From contig NC_134035.1 in the NCBI RefSeq assembly GCF_964204645.1, positions 10,138,451 to 10,202,450 on the forward strand: a stretch of DNA of 64,000 nucleotides, in the 5' to 3' direction. The stretch comes from Tubulanus polymorphus (lineage: Eukaryota > Animalia > Nemertea). Made by a program: the position numbers and the translations under genes. The notes beneath the pieces were generated by a model. That model did not search any database. It was given only the letters and a program-made list of their open reading frames with translations, and was not told the origin of the DNA. Of this stretch, positions 39,491 through 53,881 are shown in pieces (position 1 is the stretch's first letter; every line of letters begins with the position of its first letter).

Positions 39491-41147
39491 GGTTACAGTT
39501 CCAAGGGACCTATATTGGGTTCAGGAGCAGGCAACCCTGCCAAATAGGGAACATGGATCCAGGGGGGTTCACTAGTCGCTGGTAAACAGGGTATGTGTAT
39601 AAGCCTAGCGACCAACCCACCATATATAACTAGTTACAGCCCCATCAATTACACATACGAGTTCGAAAATTCTAAACACTTTCGCCATTTGAATAAGTGT
39701 GGACCCCAAGGGAAATTCCTGGATCCACCAGGGCTCCTTATAACAACAATAAGAATAATTCATTTTCTTGATACAGTGCAATATCTACATAACAATCTCT
39801 GCGCACTTTACACGAGATGAGAAAAAAGGATTTGAAAAACGCTGTACGGTCGTCCGTGAGATTACTTTAATATTCGACTTCGACAACAGCAATTAGAGTA
39901 TTCGACTCGTACAATAATAATTGGTATAATAATAGTTCAAATATTCCACATACGACGACGAAGACGCGGACATTATGAACATAAAAACTACGTATGGCAG
40001 CACCGGCACCGGATTTCAGTAATTTCGAATAATCACCGCGAGGCTGACTGTTACAAATGATCATAGTTACACAGATATATACTTCCGCAGTTTCGCGTGT
40101 ACGGTTCGCTTTATGAATACAGATTACGCCGTCTTCCATTTCAAAAGGCGCAATTTTTCGCGCCGCTGAGCCCGGCAATCTGCCCGCATCTGGATACGAG
40201 CGAGAACGAACGAACGGCAAACCGATTTGCCTACGCGCCGCGCGTGTATACATACGCATGCACGCGAATATATAATTCGAAATGAAATCCGAAATCATGG
40301 AACAACAGTAGCAACAGCAACAGCGGCGGTGAAGCAAAAGATTTCAAAAGATGATCGCGATGACAAAGAAATGATCGCACGCGAGGCGAATGAATAAAGC
40401 AATTATATTCGCCCTTGGACTTTCGATATTTTTTTTTTCACTGTCCGTCAACCTGGCGAGCGCCACTTACAGTCGGTGTGTGAGGTGTTCGTTTTCTCGT
40501 ATTGATGGCAGAGAAGCCGGAGAAAAACTGGCGACAAAGAAACTCTGCCATCCTGGATTTGAGACCAGTGAACGCCTTCTAAAACCATCGAGCCGCAGCA
40601 CTTCTGTATATTCCTTAACGGTGATCCCGCGGAGCCGATTTGGCCCGGGTCAAACTGGTCCCGAATCAGATCTCGAGTCAATGTTTGACACACGTAAAGC
40701 ACTCATTCGACGCTAAAACATTATCAAAACGCTGCTGCGGCAAGTGCGGTGAATCACTTCCAAAACCAATTAGCACTCACATGGAAAAATGTGACTTAAA
40801 ATTTGTCAAACAGGCGTGGACCGAACGGTCAACCCGAGCCTAATGAGGTACTGGGCAAATTTGACATCATTCAAAAACATTCGCGTGACAGTGGGTGTAG
40901 ATTAACTCGACAAAATGAAGTTTTTGATACGTATGGAAACCGAAAAAGTTGACATTAACCGGTGAAGAGAGAATGCGTCGATAGAGATCTTTAGGGAGGT
41001 AGTTATTGATGCTCAGGTAATGCTAAAGCGTTTTATCATTGTACACATAAGGTAATCATAGTCTGGTTAATAATTCAGATATCTGTTATAGTTCACGTCA
41101 TCAATCTCTACTGAATGGGGAATAATCATAGAATCTGTATCTCTAGA

Positions 41148-42578
41148 CATAGGGAATGGTCTCTAGACAGCTAGTCACAGGGAATAGTATCTAGACATCT
41201 AGTCATAGGGAATAGTATCTAGACATCTAGTCACAGGGAATAATATCTAGACATCTAGTTATAGGGAATAGTATCTAGACATCTAGTTATAGGGAATAGT
41301 ATCTAGACATCTAGTCATAGGGAATAGTATCTAGACATCTAGTCACAGGGAATAGTATCCAGACATCTAGCCACAGGGAATAGTATCTAGACAGCTAGTC
41401 ACAGGGAATAGTATCTAGACATCTAGTCATAGGGAATAGTATCTAGACATCTAGTCACAGGGAATAGTATCTAGACAGCTAGTCATAGGGAATAGTATCT
41501 AGACAGCTAGTCACAGGGAATAGTATCTAGACATCTAGTCACAGGGAATAGTATCTAGACATCTAGTCACAGGGAATAGTATCTAGACATCTAGTCATAG
41601 GGAATAGTTTCTAGGCCTCTAGTCACAGGGAATAGTATCTAGACATCTAGTTACAGGGAATAGTATCTAGACATCTAGTTATAGGGAATAGTATCTAGAC
41701 AGCTAGTCACAGGGAATAGTATCTAGACATCTAGTCACAGGGAATAGTATCTAGACAGCTAGTCACAGGGAATAGTATCTAGACATCTAGTCACAGGGAA
41801 TAGTATCTAGACATCTAGTCACAGGGAATAGTATCTAGACAGCTAGTCACAGGGAATAGTATCTAGACAGCTAGTCACAGGGAATAGTATCTAGACATCT
41901 AGTTATAGGGAATAGTATCTAGACATCTAGTCATAGGGAATAGTATCTAGACAGCTAGTCACAGGGAATAGTATCTAGACATCTAGTCACAGGGAATAGT
42001 ATCTAGACATCTAGTTATAGGGAATAGTATCTAGACATCTAGTCATAGGGAATAGTATCTAGACATCTAGTCACAGGGAATAGTATCTAGACATCTAGTC
42101 ATAGGGAATAGTATCTAGACATCTAGTCACAGGGAATAGTATCTAGACATCTAGTTATAGGGAATGGTCTCTAGACAGCTAGTCATAGGGAATAGTATCT
42201 AGACATCTAGTCACAGGGAATAGTATCTAGACATCTAGTTATAGGGAATAGTATCTAGACATCTAGTCACAGGGAATAGTATCTAGACATCTAGTCATAG
42301 GGAATAGTTTCTAGGCCTCTCGTCACAGGGAATAGTATCTAGACATCTAGTCACAGGGAATAGTATCTAGACAGCTAGTTATAGGGAATAGTATCTAGAC
42401 AGCTAGTCACAGGGAATAGTATCTAGACATCTAGTCATAGGGAATAGTATCTAGACATTTAGTCATAGGGAATAGTTTCTAGGCCTCTAGTCATAGGGAA
42501 TAGTCTCCATATCTTAAGTCATAGGGAATAGTTTCCATCTCTAGTCATAGGGAACCTGATTCTCTAGTCATAGGGAAT
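41148..42578. repeat. 28-bp minisatellite, ~51 copies (agggaatagtatctagacatctagtcac)
   Basis: Directly visible; homogeneous centre with degenerate ends. Confidence 0.99.
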
Positions 42579-44519
42579 TGTCTCTGAATTTAGGTTTAGG
42601 TTTTGGACCTCTTGTTGTATGTAAGTCTCTGCGCACGGTAATTTTGAATAGACACCAAATCTAGTCAAACATCAGTTCTCATCAGTAAAAGGTTCCAATC
42701 CCAACAGTTTCATGGTCTATAATTCATTTCTAAATCTCATGGTTGAAGGCTCTGCTCGGGCCCTCTTCATAGCCCTGAATAGGATCGAGGGGTAAGTATC
42801 TAACCCGTGCCCTTCAATTTACGACAATAGAGATAACCGCTATATTACACGAAGAAATGCATAGTTGTTTGTTTTGGTTGATAAACTGCACCGATAGTAA
42901 ATACCTGTATAGTAGTAATAGTATTACGAAACTAGCAAGAGGCGAGGCGCGATTTTACTCTCGAAACAAAAAAAAAAACCTGAAATATTTTCTCAGAGAT
43001 AAAATCGGCTGCAACGTATCTAAATATAACCTCAACTATGTACGTTACGTACGTACGTACACGTACGATAGAATGAAAATATATGTATGTAAAATAACAT
43101 AACAGCGAGTACAGATGTGAAGTTACTATGAGTTATGTAAAAAAAAAAAAATGAAGAAAAAATGTACAACAGAACCCGTCTAGAGAGGTAAGAGGAGCCT
43201 GACGTCAGCGTGCGTTTCTGTGTCGATTTCTACCTCTTTCCAGAAGAAAAAAGAAAGCACGAAAGAAACAGAGAAAGAAAGCAGCAATAATAACAGATAG
43301 TACTATTTCACCTCGCGGGTATTTCGCGCAGAATTCCCGATAAAACGCTTATTAGGCCACGAGTAACGAATTATGCGTTTCACTATCGGTCGAACTAGTC
43401 ACCAATACGGCCGAGATCTAAAAAACGAAATAGAGATTTCATGGAATTTTTCCGCGTGCGGCAAGTTGTGTTTTTCGGTCAGGGACTTACAAACGCAAGC
43501 GCGAATTGTGAAAATAAACATAAGAACCATCTCAAAGTCGAATTAGTTCTTTAGCCAATTACCTACCAAGCCCCAGCGCGATGAATTCTACGCTCGCGCT
43601 GTTGTTTTTCGGATCAAATTCTAAAAAAATATCCAAGGACGAATTAACTTTTGACTGATATAAAACCGGGGCGAGGTTGCTAAGGTCGAATCTGAATAAC
43701 TACCGTTTTCTAAATAAAGCCCCAGTTCTTTGAGGCAGGGTTCAGCTTAATTTTCAGGAGCAATCCGCAGTGAAGACCAGCAGGCCTGTTGCACAAATAG
43801 ATTTTAGCCAATCTTCGTTGTATAGCCAAACTAATAGCAACTTAAGACCAGTCTAAAAATCTAAGACTACTTTTGGACATAATTCACAACTGCCCTCTCA
43901 GTCGATACCAGTAGATTGGTGCCAGGCGCAGATCCAGTCTACTGCCATTGAAGCAGTAATTGTGGAATTTTCAAGGATTCGAATGCCAGAGCAGATCTAT
44001 TTTCTGAATATATGTAATAACTCTTTTTTCTACGTTTTATATCATTCAACTCATTAAATACTTAGCTTTTTTGGATGAACGATGCTAGAAAATGATAGGA
44101 TACTTTTATTTTGGACTGATGTGTGGAATATTGAATTTTACATCCACACAAATGCTCAGATTGCATACAATTTCCTGGGGTACGAACACCGCACCCCATT
44201 ATGGTCCTACGATAATGCCTTCAAGTGGCATTCAGGATGAGAGGTTTGGTCGCCCTATAATACACTTACCAATGCTGTTTGTGCTACTTTTCATCGCGTG
44301 TATATGTGACACGGGCTTTTGACATTTATGTTGCTCGGCAAAACCAAGCGTGACTTGAAATTGCAGGGTGTGGGTAATTCAAATGACAGTTAACAGGTAA
44401 AGTTACCGGTTAATCTACATGATACCAAATATCCAGTTTTACAGTGTGCTGCAGAATATCGTGCAGATTTGAATAACTGACCAGCGACAAATTCAACAAA
44501 GTCATCTAATTCTGTGGCT

Positions 44520-44745
44520 AAAGCCCCGATCACACCCAAGGCTCAGGCCCAAGTCAAACTTGGCCCGTGCCTAATTAGAGAGCACTAACCTCGATACTAA
44601 ATAATGCTCAAACAAAGCGAAGTGAGTCACTTCCGGAACCAGTTGCAATTCACATGCAATAATTTGTCCCAAGTTTAAATGGCCTGATGCTTTTGGTCAG
44701 GCCAAATTTGGCCCTGACCAAAAAATCTTGTGTGATCGCGGCTTT
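44520..44745. mobile_element. PIF/Harbinger-like MITE family I copy
   Basis: TIR aaagccccgatcacac / gtgtgatcgcggcttt. Confidence 0.7.
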
Positions 44746-45241
44746 GTATCATCACTAGACTTAGAATTCTAATTTAATTCGTAATCATAAAACTGTGGAG
44801 TGTACGTATGTTCTTATCATAAACTTACATATCTTACCGATAAACAATGCAAAGATATACTAGGAGCCTTAAGAGTAGAAATACCGGGGTGTGTGTGTGC
44901 GCGTGGCGCGCGAAATATCACATTACTAGTATGCTAATACAAACAAGCGGGAAAAAAGAATATCGTATTCAGCAGCCACATATCATATACATAAAATACA
45001 TGGCGAGATTATAATCTTACTACGTACAATGTATTCCATTCATAACAGAACAGCTTGATATTTGAATCTCGAGTATCATTGAATAATATTTATATACAAT
45101 GTCCCGTCAATCATGAAGTTTTTTTCTTTTTAATCTAAAAACCAAAAAATCCCATCTCTATGTTAAGTACAAGTGGAAACGTGCCTTAAAAATAAGTTAT
45201 TATGAAATATTATTGTTTGAATCATCCAAAATGAATGTCAG

Positions 45242-45728
45242 CAGCGCTGCAAACCTCTGAAATACGCAATTAGTAACAAGATGAATCTTTGTCAGTAACA
45301 TTTCTACGAAATGTGAAAGAAAATGTTCAAATTAGTCAGTGATCAACAGTAAAACCCTCGGTAACATCTCCTGTAGATATCCAGGGGTGGATCCAGGGGG
45401 GGGGGGGTTCCGAAGATTCTGGAATACTGTTGAGCTTTGTCTGTGCCCCTTGGAGATGCCCCAAATCCATGTTTTTGACGTCAAAGCGCCCTCGTTTGGC
45501 ATGATTTGGCGTAGTAAGTGCCCCTGAAAACCACAAGTTTGATGTTAGTGCGCCCTTTTTTGCCGTGATTTGACATAGAAAATGCTCTTCCCATAATAGT
45601 GAGTGCCCTTATACAATTCGAACCCCTCGACATAGAGCCCTGGATCCGCCCCTGATGTCTAACAAATCAAATCAGTATTTCTCGGGACAAAAAAGCAACC
45701 TCAAAATCCGAAACAGTAGGCAACCCTG
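45242..45728. mobile_element. Family C MITE interrupted by a nested family B MITE (45382-45654)
   Basis: Outer flanks tgtcag / agtcag. Inner TIR caggggtggatccaggg / ccctggatccgcccctg with flanks atatc / atgtc. Confidence 0.8.
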
Positions 45729-47234
45729 AGTCAGCAACAGTAACTTCTCGGTCTTTCGTCGAACTTAAAAAAATCTTTGGCTACTTTTTTTCAATTCTGT
45801 AATGGCGAAAAAAGCCGAGTTTAACGGGGGAATAAAAGCACCTACATTCAATAATTACTTTCGACTAAATCGATCACTAGTAATTAGTTTATTCGGTGCG
45901 CTTTTGGTATCACTGTTCGTTGTCATTACGTTAATGGAAAAATTGAATTTTCACTCTCAATTCAATTCAATCAATTTTCTCAATAATATTTCACGCCGCG
46001 ACTAAAAGCCGTTATAATACAGTTACACGCCGCACGACGACTACGAATCGTTTCTTTGTTTGGACCGATGGCCGACCGTACTTCCATCCGTGTAGAAGAC
46101 CATATGTGCTACGGATGAGCCGTATTCATAATTCGAGAGAGTCAAAGCCGTCGTCCAAACAAGGAGAACAGGTATCAAAACCGAACAGATGGTAGACCAA
46201 CTTAAAACCGGGTCATACCCGTTTGCACAAACATATTTAACGAACGCGGCCCGATACATATTCAAATTTCAAGGGCTTTCAAATCCGGATTTCGTAATTG
46301 CCTCTAATGTGTGCATAAGAAGTCTGGTGTATATATTCATTCTAACTCCTTAAAATCATCTGGTTCAATTTTACCGTTAGCTCACAGGTCGACGACGAGT
46401 AGGATGTATCGAGTATTACGATCAAATATACTTAAGCGCGGAAGTAAAAAGCTCAACAGTCGCCCCATTAAAACTCTGATTTTTTCTAAATAAGTTTTTG
46501 ACAGGACGATGACTTATTTCATGACGTAAATTTAAGACTACTCTACATGTCATTATCTGAGATGATAAGAAGTTGTGAGTACATCCTGTTAGCATGCGGC
46601 AAGAAGACCTCCGAAACAGGATCCAGTTGCACGGTAGTGAGATAACTTTTGACTCAAACGTAAACTCGTAACTGAGCAATTGAGTTGCGAGTCAGCGTTG
46701 CTTGTTAAGTTACCACGACATTGCGCGCATCACAATCAAAACGATGTTTGTCTCGAGAAACACTGTTTCTCGTTTCAGAGCACAGGACACAGTCGAGAAA
46801 CAAGCCATAGAAATGTTTCCGATTCATATACATTTCGCATTGCACACGCTAGGCAATATTGCTATGACATTACAATACATTAAATCTGTTCATCGGGCAA
46901 TTTGCAACTTTTAGCAGCCCCAAAAAAGGTATAAACAAAACCTTTTGTCTCGATATATTTGTATATATCATATATATACACACGTAACTGTTGTAAGCGT
47001 AATGACATTTTCACTATACCTCCAGCAGTGACACCAACCCTGGCAATCGAGCAGGCAACTTGTAATTCACTCGATCACTGTCAGGCTCAGGTTTCTGACA
47101 AATATAATTAAATCGCAAAAATCTCTCAATCGGGTGAATTTGTGCACTGCAGCTTGTAGATAAACAATTTTCTCTCATACTCGAAGTATTAAACTACAGG
47201 CCCCACATGTAATGTACACACAAGAGGCAGACTG

Positions 47235-47267
<33 letters not shown>

Positions 47268-49171
47268 GGGCGCACACACACGCACGTATTCTAAATGAAA
47301 TCGGAATTAAAAAAAATTCATTTCATTTCAATAAATAATCGATTCTGACTCACAAATCCGTCGTGTTCAACGCCGAGCATATAAATCAGGGCTACGTTTA
47401 CCAAAGCGGCGTCAAGTGCAAACTATTCAAGTCTAGGTCTTGCAAAAAATATACCGTGCAGTCGACCCCATCCCACAAACCACCAGGCGGGGCGGGAGGG
47501 GAGGGGATTTCATGGAATTGGAGTTGGAGTTAGAGACATGGTCATAATCATTCAAGTTCTTATTGAAAATTGTCATTTTCAGTGAAAATAAGAATTTGCA
47601 ACTTGAAAAATCAGTTTAAAAATTCTGGAAAATGTCCCTTTTTCTAAGTAAAACAGTCACCGAGTATGTACCCTGGACCCGCCCCTGCACACGAACAATA
47701 CCGGTGTTTCAAACACTGTCCTTTTTCGAACTACATATACCGGTACATACAACATGCTTTTTCAAGACGGTAATAAATTGAAATGATTAAATTGAAATTT
47801 TTCATATTTCTTCTCATTTCATTTCTCGTGTATATTCATTCCTTTGATAATATCGCTTTTGTAACCGACGACGACGACGTGCCCCGGAGACAAAGGCACT
47901 TTCCACACGGAGGAAAATTAAGAAATCTTATCATCATCGCGCGCGCCGCGTCTTCTCCCGCGCGTAATAAGGACATTTAATCCGGTGCCGATTCGCGGAA
48001 ACGTTTTTCGGGCGCACGTGCCGCGCCGTACACGCGTTATTCACGTCGCAAAAAAAACACAGGGAAACCTTGAACCGAAAGGCGGCCGGTCGCGCCGATT
48101 AACAATCACTGAACATTCGAAATCTATTGTTTTTATGTAACGACGAGCCGCGCCGCGCGAGCGCCTCGTTAAAGTTCATAATTTCGCGCAAGACGAAATT
48201 TACGAAAAATGAACTTTCGACCCGTTTCGGAAAAACGAGAGACGTTAATTTCAATTTCGCCCGAGCGGCCGCCGCCGCGCGTTTTCGAACGCCCGTGAAT
48301 TATGCATGAAACGCATTTAAATCAATTAATATATAGCGATTCGAAAATTCTCGCTCGAAAATTTCACAAATACGAATTGCATAATTTTTCGAGAAAAACG
48401 CGCGCGCGCGAATGAATAATGCAGCGACGGCGCGGTGTCGGAGGTGACTTCGAGATTTAATGGAATTTCGTGCCGTTTCATTTTCGCGTAAAATTTGAAC
48501 TGACTCATTGTGTCGAATAACTTCATAAATTACGAATTTAATATATCGCGATTGTCAAATCGAATCGTTCATTGCGAGCGATGATTTATCGGGGCTGCAT
48601 CGTCAGACTACCTGATATCTCTAAACGTAAAAGTTTTCAAACAAATGATGGTTACTCGATACCAAAAATAGTGATTTAATTGAAAATAGACATTCTCGGA
48701 TTTTGAGAGTAATTTGATATTTTTGGGAAAAGTAGAACTCCTCTAAATGAGTAGCAAATACTCTCAAATAGCAGTCAGGGTGGGTGAGACAAAAAGTCTC
48801 CGGACCCTCATCCAGAGGTACATAGGGATCAAATCGGCTTTTCTTCACTCAAGAACAAAGATAAGTTCTCAATCATAGAACTATACCCACAACCCCCCCC
48901 CCCCCTGTTGTAGCTATGTCCAAGTCCATAAGTCAAAGGGCCACTCTCAAAAGTAGATTTCTATCAGATAATTCGTCACATTAATGAAGTCATTTTCATT
49001 TAACGGTCCCAAACTTCAACTTCCAATTCAATTTACAGAAGTCATCATCAAGTCATCAGTATGATGATCATCCCAACTAAGATTTAAGTGTGTTTCACTT
49101 TAAATCCTAAAGGGTCAATTGACCAGTTAAGCCTCATCAATAGAGTCCTATCAAAAAATAATCAGGGCTCA

Positions 49172-49281
49172 GGATCCAGTTCCACAGTGCTGAGTTAGAT
49201 TCAACCCTAGAGTTAAAAATTTGAAAATGAACTGATGTTAACTCAGAGTTAACTCTAACTCACAACTGTGGAACCGGGCCC
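49172..49281. mobile_element. Short MITE (CCAGTTCCACAGT / ACTGTGGAACCGG TIR)
   Basis: TIR visible. Related copies at ~60640-60737 and ~29240-29310. Confidence 0.6.
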
Positions 49282-50192
49282 ACGTCGACAGTACTGTTAA
49301 GTTCGACCATGAACTCTAAAATTCTCTTCACTCAGAAGCGGTTGGTAAGAAAAAGTTTATTTCCAAGATTTCAAAGCTCGAGTCTAATTTCAATAGAGAA
49401 CTTTGCAACTGGATCTAGTATTTCGCTCGTGTTTACTAACTGCGTATCTACAATAACACATACAAGGACGCCATCCCGATATAGATTTATCATCAACGTA
49501 ATCGAAAAAAGTTTTTGAAATACGAAATGTTAGTTACGTATTCCTTTTGAAGTTGAAGACAATGGCGCGTTGGTTCGTGTGTGTGTGTGTGTGTGTGTGT
49601 ACGCGAAAAGTAAATGAAAACTGCCGCGCGATGAGAAAAAGTCAGCTCCTCCGACGAGCGCCATACCATCGCCGCGCGCTATGATAATAATTCCAATGAT
49701 GTCGTACATTATTAATCGCCATTCATCGTGAAAATTTCATAATACGAATTCTCTTCAATTAAACCCGAGCGGGCCCGGGCGAATTTAAGTGCTCAGCACA
49801 TTTTAGCAGTATGTATTTATGTACCCGATAAACAGATGCCTGTACTTACACGGGCAAACACTAAGCGCACATAAAGTCAACATACCTGGATTAATGTCTA
49901 ATATTTGTCCTCTATGACAAGTATATTTATGAGAGTAGATATGCGCGGGGCTTTCTCGTCGAGGTGTAGTATAGATGGATTGCATCCAGGTTGCAAATAA
50001 AACGGCCATGGGAATTAAACCATATACACTTAACATAACGCGCGGGGGTCGCACACACGGGATGGTGGTGGTCGTTGTGTGTGTGCTTATAAGCCGGAAG
50101 AGCAATAGACGTACATTAGATTATTAACTCATATTTTCAACACAAAAAAAAATGACGCATTATGAATCTACCAATTTCAGTTAGCGTCTCTA

Positions 50193-50430
50193 CAGGATGG
50201 CCACTTTTATTTGACTTGCTTCCCCCCCCCCCGACTATTCCCTGACATGCACGTTGTTTTATTGACTTGATCTGCTAAGAATCCAATTAATGAACACAGT
50301 CAAATACGTAAGAGATGGAAACTGTTGGATTTTACGTGCAATCTAGCTGTATCTCCCGACTTTTCCCTAATTTTTTTAGCTTTTTTGAAAAAAGGTAATT
50401 TTTCAAAAAAGTCAATAAATGACCACCCTG
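50193..50430. mobile_element. hAT-like MITE family A copy
   Basis: caggatggccac ... gaccaccctg with flanks ctcta / cgcta. Confidence 0.7.
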
Positions 50431-51937
50431 CGCTAGTTAAATCATGATCAGCTTCTCGATCAGTGCGTTTTGGTGAGATATCATTACTGCTTTAAGATAA
50501 ACATTTTCTGAGCCCAGGATACATTTTCACGAATAAGTTTAAGCCTAAGACGGTTAAGTTCGAAATGTTGTCCACATGAAGAAACCAACCTTAATGAAAC
50601 CAAAAATTTTGATTTAACTTTTCGTGAAAATTGGCTTAGTTGTTCTGTTTAGGTGACCACGGTACTATTAAATGATGGGCTACTTTTACCACTTTTTAAG
50701 CAACAGCCTTGAATTCACCTTCTCAAATCATCTTTTCTTAAAATCTTATATTCCGCATCTAAGTCAACATTGGCCGGTCCAACTTCAGCCATTGTTCCCA
50801 TAGTTATATGAATTCACGAATCCCATGTTTATCCCAGGTAAGTTCATAGTTGATCTTTTCTATTTTTCTTTTTTCCGAAGTGGGGCCTTTATCTGTAAAA
50901 GTGAACAGATACCATCGAACTACAGAGGCGTCTACACTTCAGTGGTGACTGGTCGATGAAGATGATTTTCAGGAAAATATGCTAAGGTGCTCATGGCAAA
51001 TGCATGGCAATTGAAGTGTAAATGAATTTCGCAAATAATTCTCCGATTAGAGAAAATATCGTTTTGAAATTGCCACGTTTTTCCGCGCTTCCCCCGTTGT
51101 GAAAACCACGCTCAACCCCGGTCGCGGGACGATATTTCTTTTGATTTATGCATATTATAGTTTAGGAACGGAGGGAACTATTTCATCTCATGAGTCGTCG
51201 CGATGATGTCATCTACCTCAGTATGTGTCTGACGCACACACGCACACACGCACACACACACACACACAAACGCATATTCGAAATTATACATTGTCGATCA
51301 CTATAATCTGTCAGACCACACCGTTAATAAAATACAGATCAACGGCGCATATATCAGAATTTATGAATTGCAATCGTAGATGTAAGCGCAGTGGATAGAT
51401 TGACTACGATCAGCTCGCGCGGCGCGGCCCGGCGCCGCGGTGCGTATATACGCGTGTACCGCCGATTTATCGGATGTCAAACGCAGACCTGGCCTGTCAA
51501 CGCTCCCACGGTGCTTTTAGTATTAATTATACCCAAGTGCTTAAAATAATATTCCTGCCACAAACTTGGATCCATCTGTCATACTTTTCGGTCTTCAGAT
51601 CGGCTCTGATGACATATATCGGGTTACCGAATATCTATTTATGCTTTCTTTGCTTATTTCACCGGCAGCGATGACGAGGAGGGGGGAGGGGAGGGGGAGG
51701 TACGGGAGCACGGATCAACGTATTTTTAATGAATTCATCACGCACGTCACTACGATTTTTTAAAGGCGGTCACCAGAATTAATACAAGCGTAACTATGTG
51801 CCATACTTTGCAACCATTTCTGCATTCTCGTAGAATTGTTTGAAAGTTCTTAAATAGTCTTAATTTTGCAAATTCGAAGCCGAGATTCTGGGTAAAATAT
51901 TCATTTCAAACAAAATTTGAAACTAAAAAATGCGAAA

Positions 51938-52161
51938 CAGTATGACCACTCTTATTTCACTTGCTTTTTCCTAATTAGATCCTAGAATCTAATCAATAAG
52001 CACAGTCAAATATGTAAGATATAGACAGAAACTGAATGATTTTGTACGTGATCTAAAACAATGTTAACAAATTTCCCTGATTATTAGCTTTTTAACAAAA
52101 TTCCCTAACTTTTTAAAAGAAAAACAAAAATTCCCTGATTACCCGGTGAGTGGCCGCCCAG
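51938..52161. mobile_element. hAT-like MITE family A copy
   Basis: cagtatgaccac ... gtggccgcccag. Confidence 0.7.
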
Positions 52162-52698
52162 AACAATGTCTGTCAAATTCTCTCTCAAATTGGCACCATT
52201 TCCGATTCACCAAAATTGATGCCTGGTGGAAATTCGCATTTACCGATAAGCAACCGGCTGCAACCTCAGTTTTTCCATTGTTCCCGCGATAATTGACTCA
52301 CTCATCTTTATACAATGAAATAAACCCAAAATGGCGTCTGCGAATTAGCAAAGTCATAAGTACGCGTACGTGCACGAAATGGTTTCTTTTGTGCGACATT
52401 TTCTTTCAAAATGCACACGCGCGCGCATGAGCAAGTCTTAAGTGGTTGATTTTTTTTTCGGGCGGAGATGTAACACAAAGATTGCGAAACCATGTTTCGA
52501 GGGACCTTCAACTCGGATTGTAACCCCGTAGAATGCCAGCTGGTGACCTTCGATTGCCGCATATTGAATTCAAAGTTTCTTTTTTACAATCCTTTGAAGC
52601 GAAGATCCAGGTTAAGGATCTACTTTCCGAATAATCGATTGACTAGTTTACGGGGATTCTCAGAAATCCATTCAAGAAATTTGAGTGAAATACATTGT

Positions 52699-52961
52699 CA
52701 GGGTGGCCACTTAAATATGACTTGCTTAAACTATCACCTGACATGCACATTGTTTTTCATGACTTGATCAATTTCAACATAGTCAAATATGTAAAACAGA
52801 CGGAAACTGATTGCTTTTATGCGCGATCTAACAATCTCAACATATTCACATATTTCCCAAACTTTTCTCAAATATTTAGCTTTTTAACCAAATTCCCTGA
52901 CTTTTTTAAAGAAAATAAAATTCCCCGACTTTCCCTGATTTCCTGTTCAGTGGCCAGCCTC
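52699..52961. mobile_element. hAT-like MITE family A copy with 5-bp TSD attgt
   Basis: cagggtggccac ... gtggccagcctc with flanks attgt / attgt. Confidence 0.75.
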
Positions 52962-53881
52962 ATTGTCTAAGGCCGTTATACTGAGTGAAAACTTCTGAAA
53001 CAAAAAAAGAAACAATGAAGTTATGCGACGTATTTCTAATATATTGTGTTCGAAAAAGAACAAATGTCACGATGAATAAATCAGTTATCATAAATGAGCG
53101 TATTGCGCTGGATTTGATAATAATGATAGCGGTCCATCTGTTCGGGGTCTACCAGTCGAGTCATCGTCGTCGTAGCGAGTACCGACCATATCGTTTAATT
53201 GATTATTATGAAAGATGATCGGTCTCGTTGTTCACGTTGAACCGTAATTGCGCTAATGTCGCGCACGGAAGTCTACTTTACTCCTCCACCAAGAGTCATT
53301 CAATAAGTGCGCGATGTGCGCTCCCCGTGTGCGTGCGCGCGCACGTGCTCGGCCAATGGCGTAATATCTTTAAAATCATTCTTCACCTGCTTCCTGCCTC
53401 GTGTCCTGATTCATTCTAATGGTGATATCTCTCGTATATGCTTGTACCGTTCAATGACGGCTATATTGCACGTCGTGCTGTTTTTTTGTTGGTCAAGTCA
53501 CCGCTATCTATAACACCGACAATTCACGAACAATAGTCTTCATGAATTTCGCGTAACGCTATATCTATCAATTAAGTTAGATTTTCTAAACGTTAAAAAT
53601 ACACAATTTTCGATCAAAATCCATAGATCTTCGTCAATATGCAACACATGCGCAATGTATATGCAGTATAAATTGGGGAGTTGTATCATCCCTTATCTCT
53701 GTTAAGGTTGGGGTGCTGGATCCTGATCTGTATGGCTTTCCTGACTCTTCTCTGAACAAGTGTCGTTCCCTACTAGGCCTATCTACATAACACTAATCTC
53801 TACTGGAGTGAATTCCGAATAAAGAATATCAACAAATTTGGCAAACAGTATGTAACAAGAATACCTCCATAATAATGAAAA

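Noticed and set aside
41148-42578. CRISPR-like appearance of the 28-32 bp repeat arrays (also at 14.2 and 32.7 kb)
   Set aside because: Units are head-to-tail with no unique spacers, there are no cas genes, and the context is eukaryotic.
44270-44353. 84-nt minus-strand exon candidate (tttcaag acceptor, G|GTAAGT donor, open frame)
   Set aside because: Isolated, weak pyrimidine tract and no recognisable peptide; such donors occur by chance several times in 64 kb.
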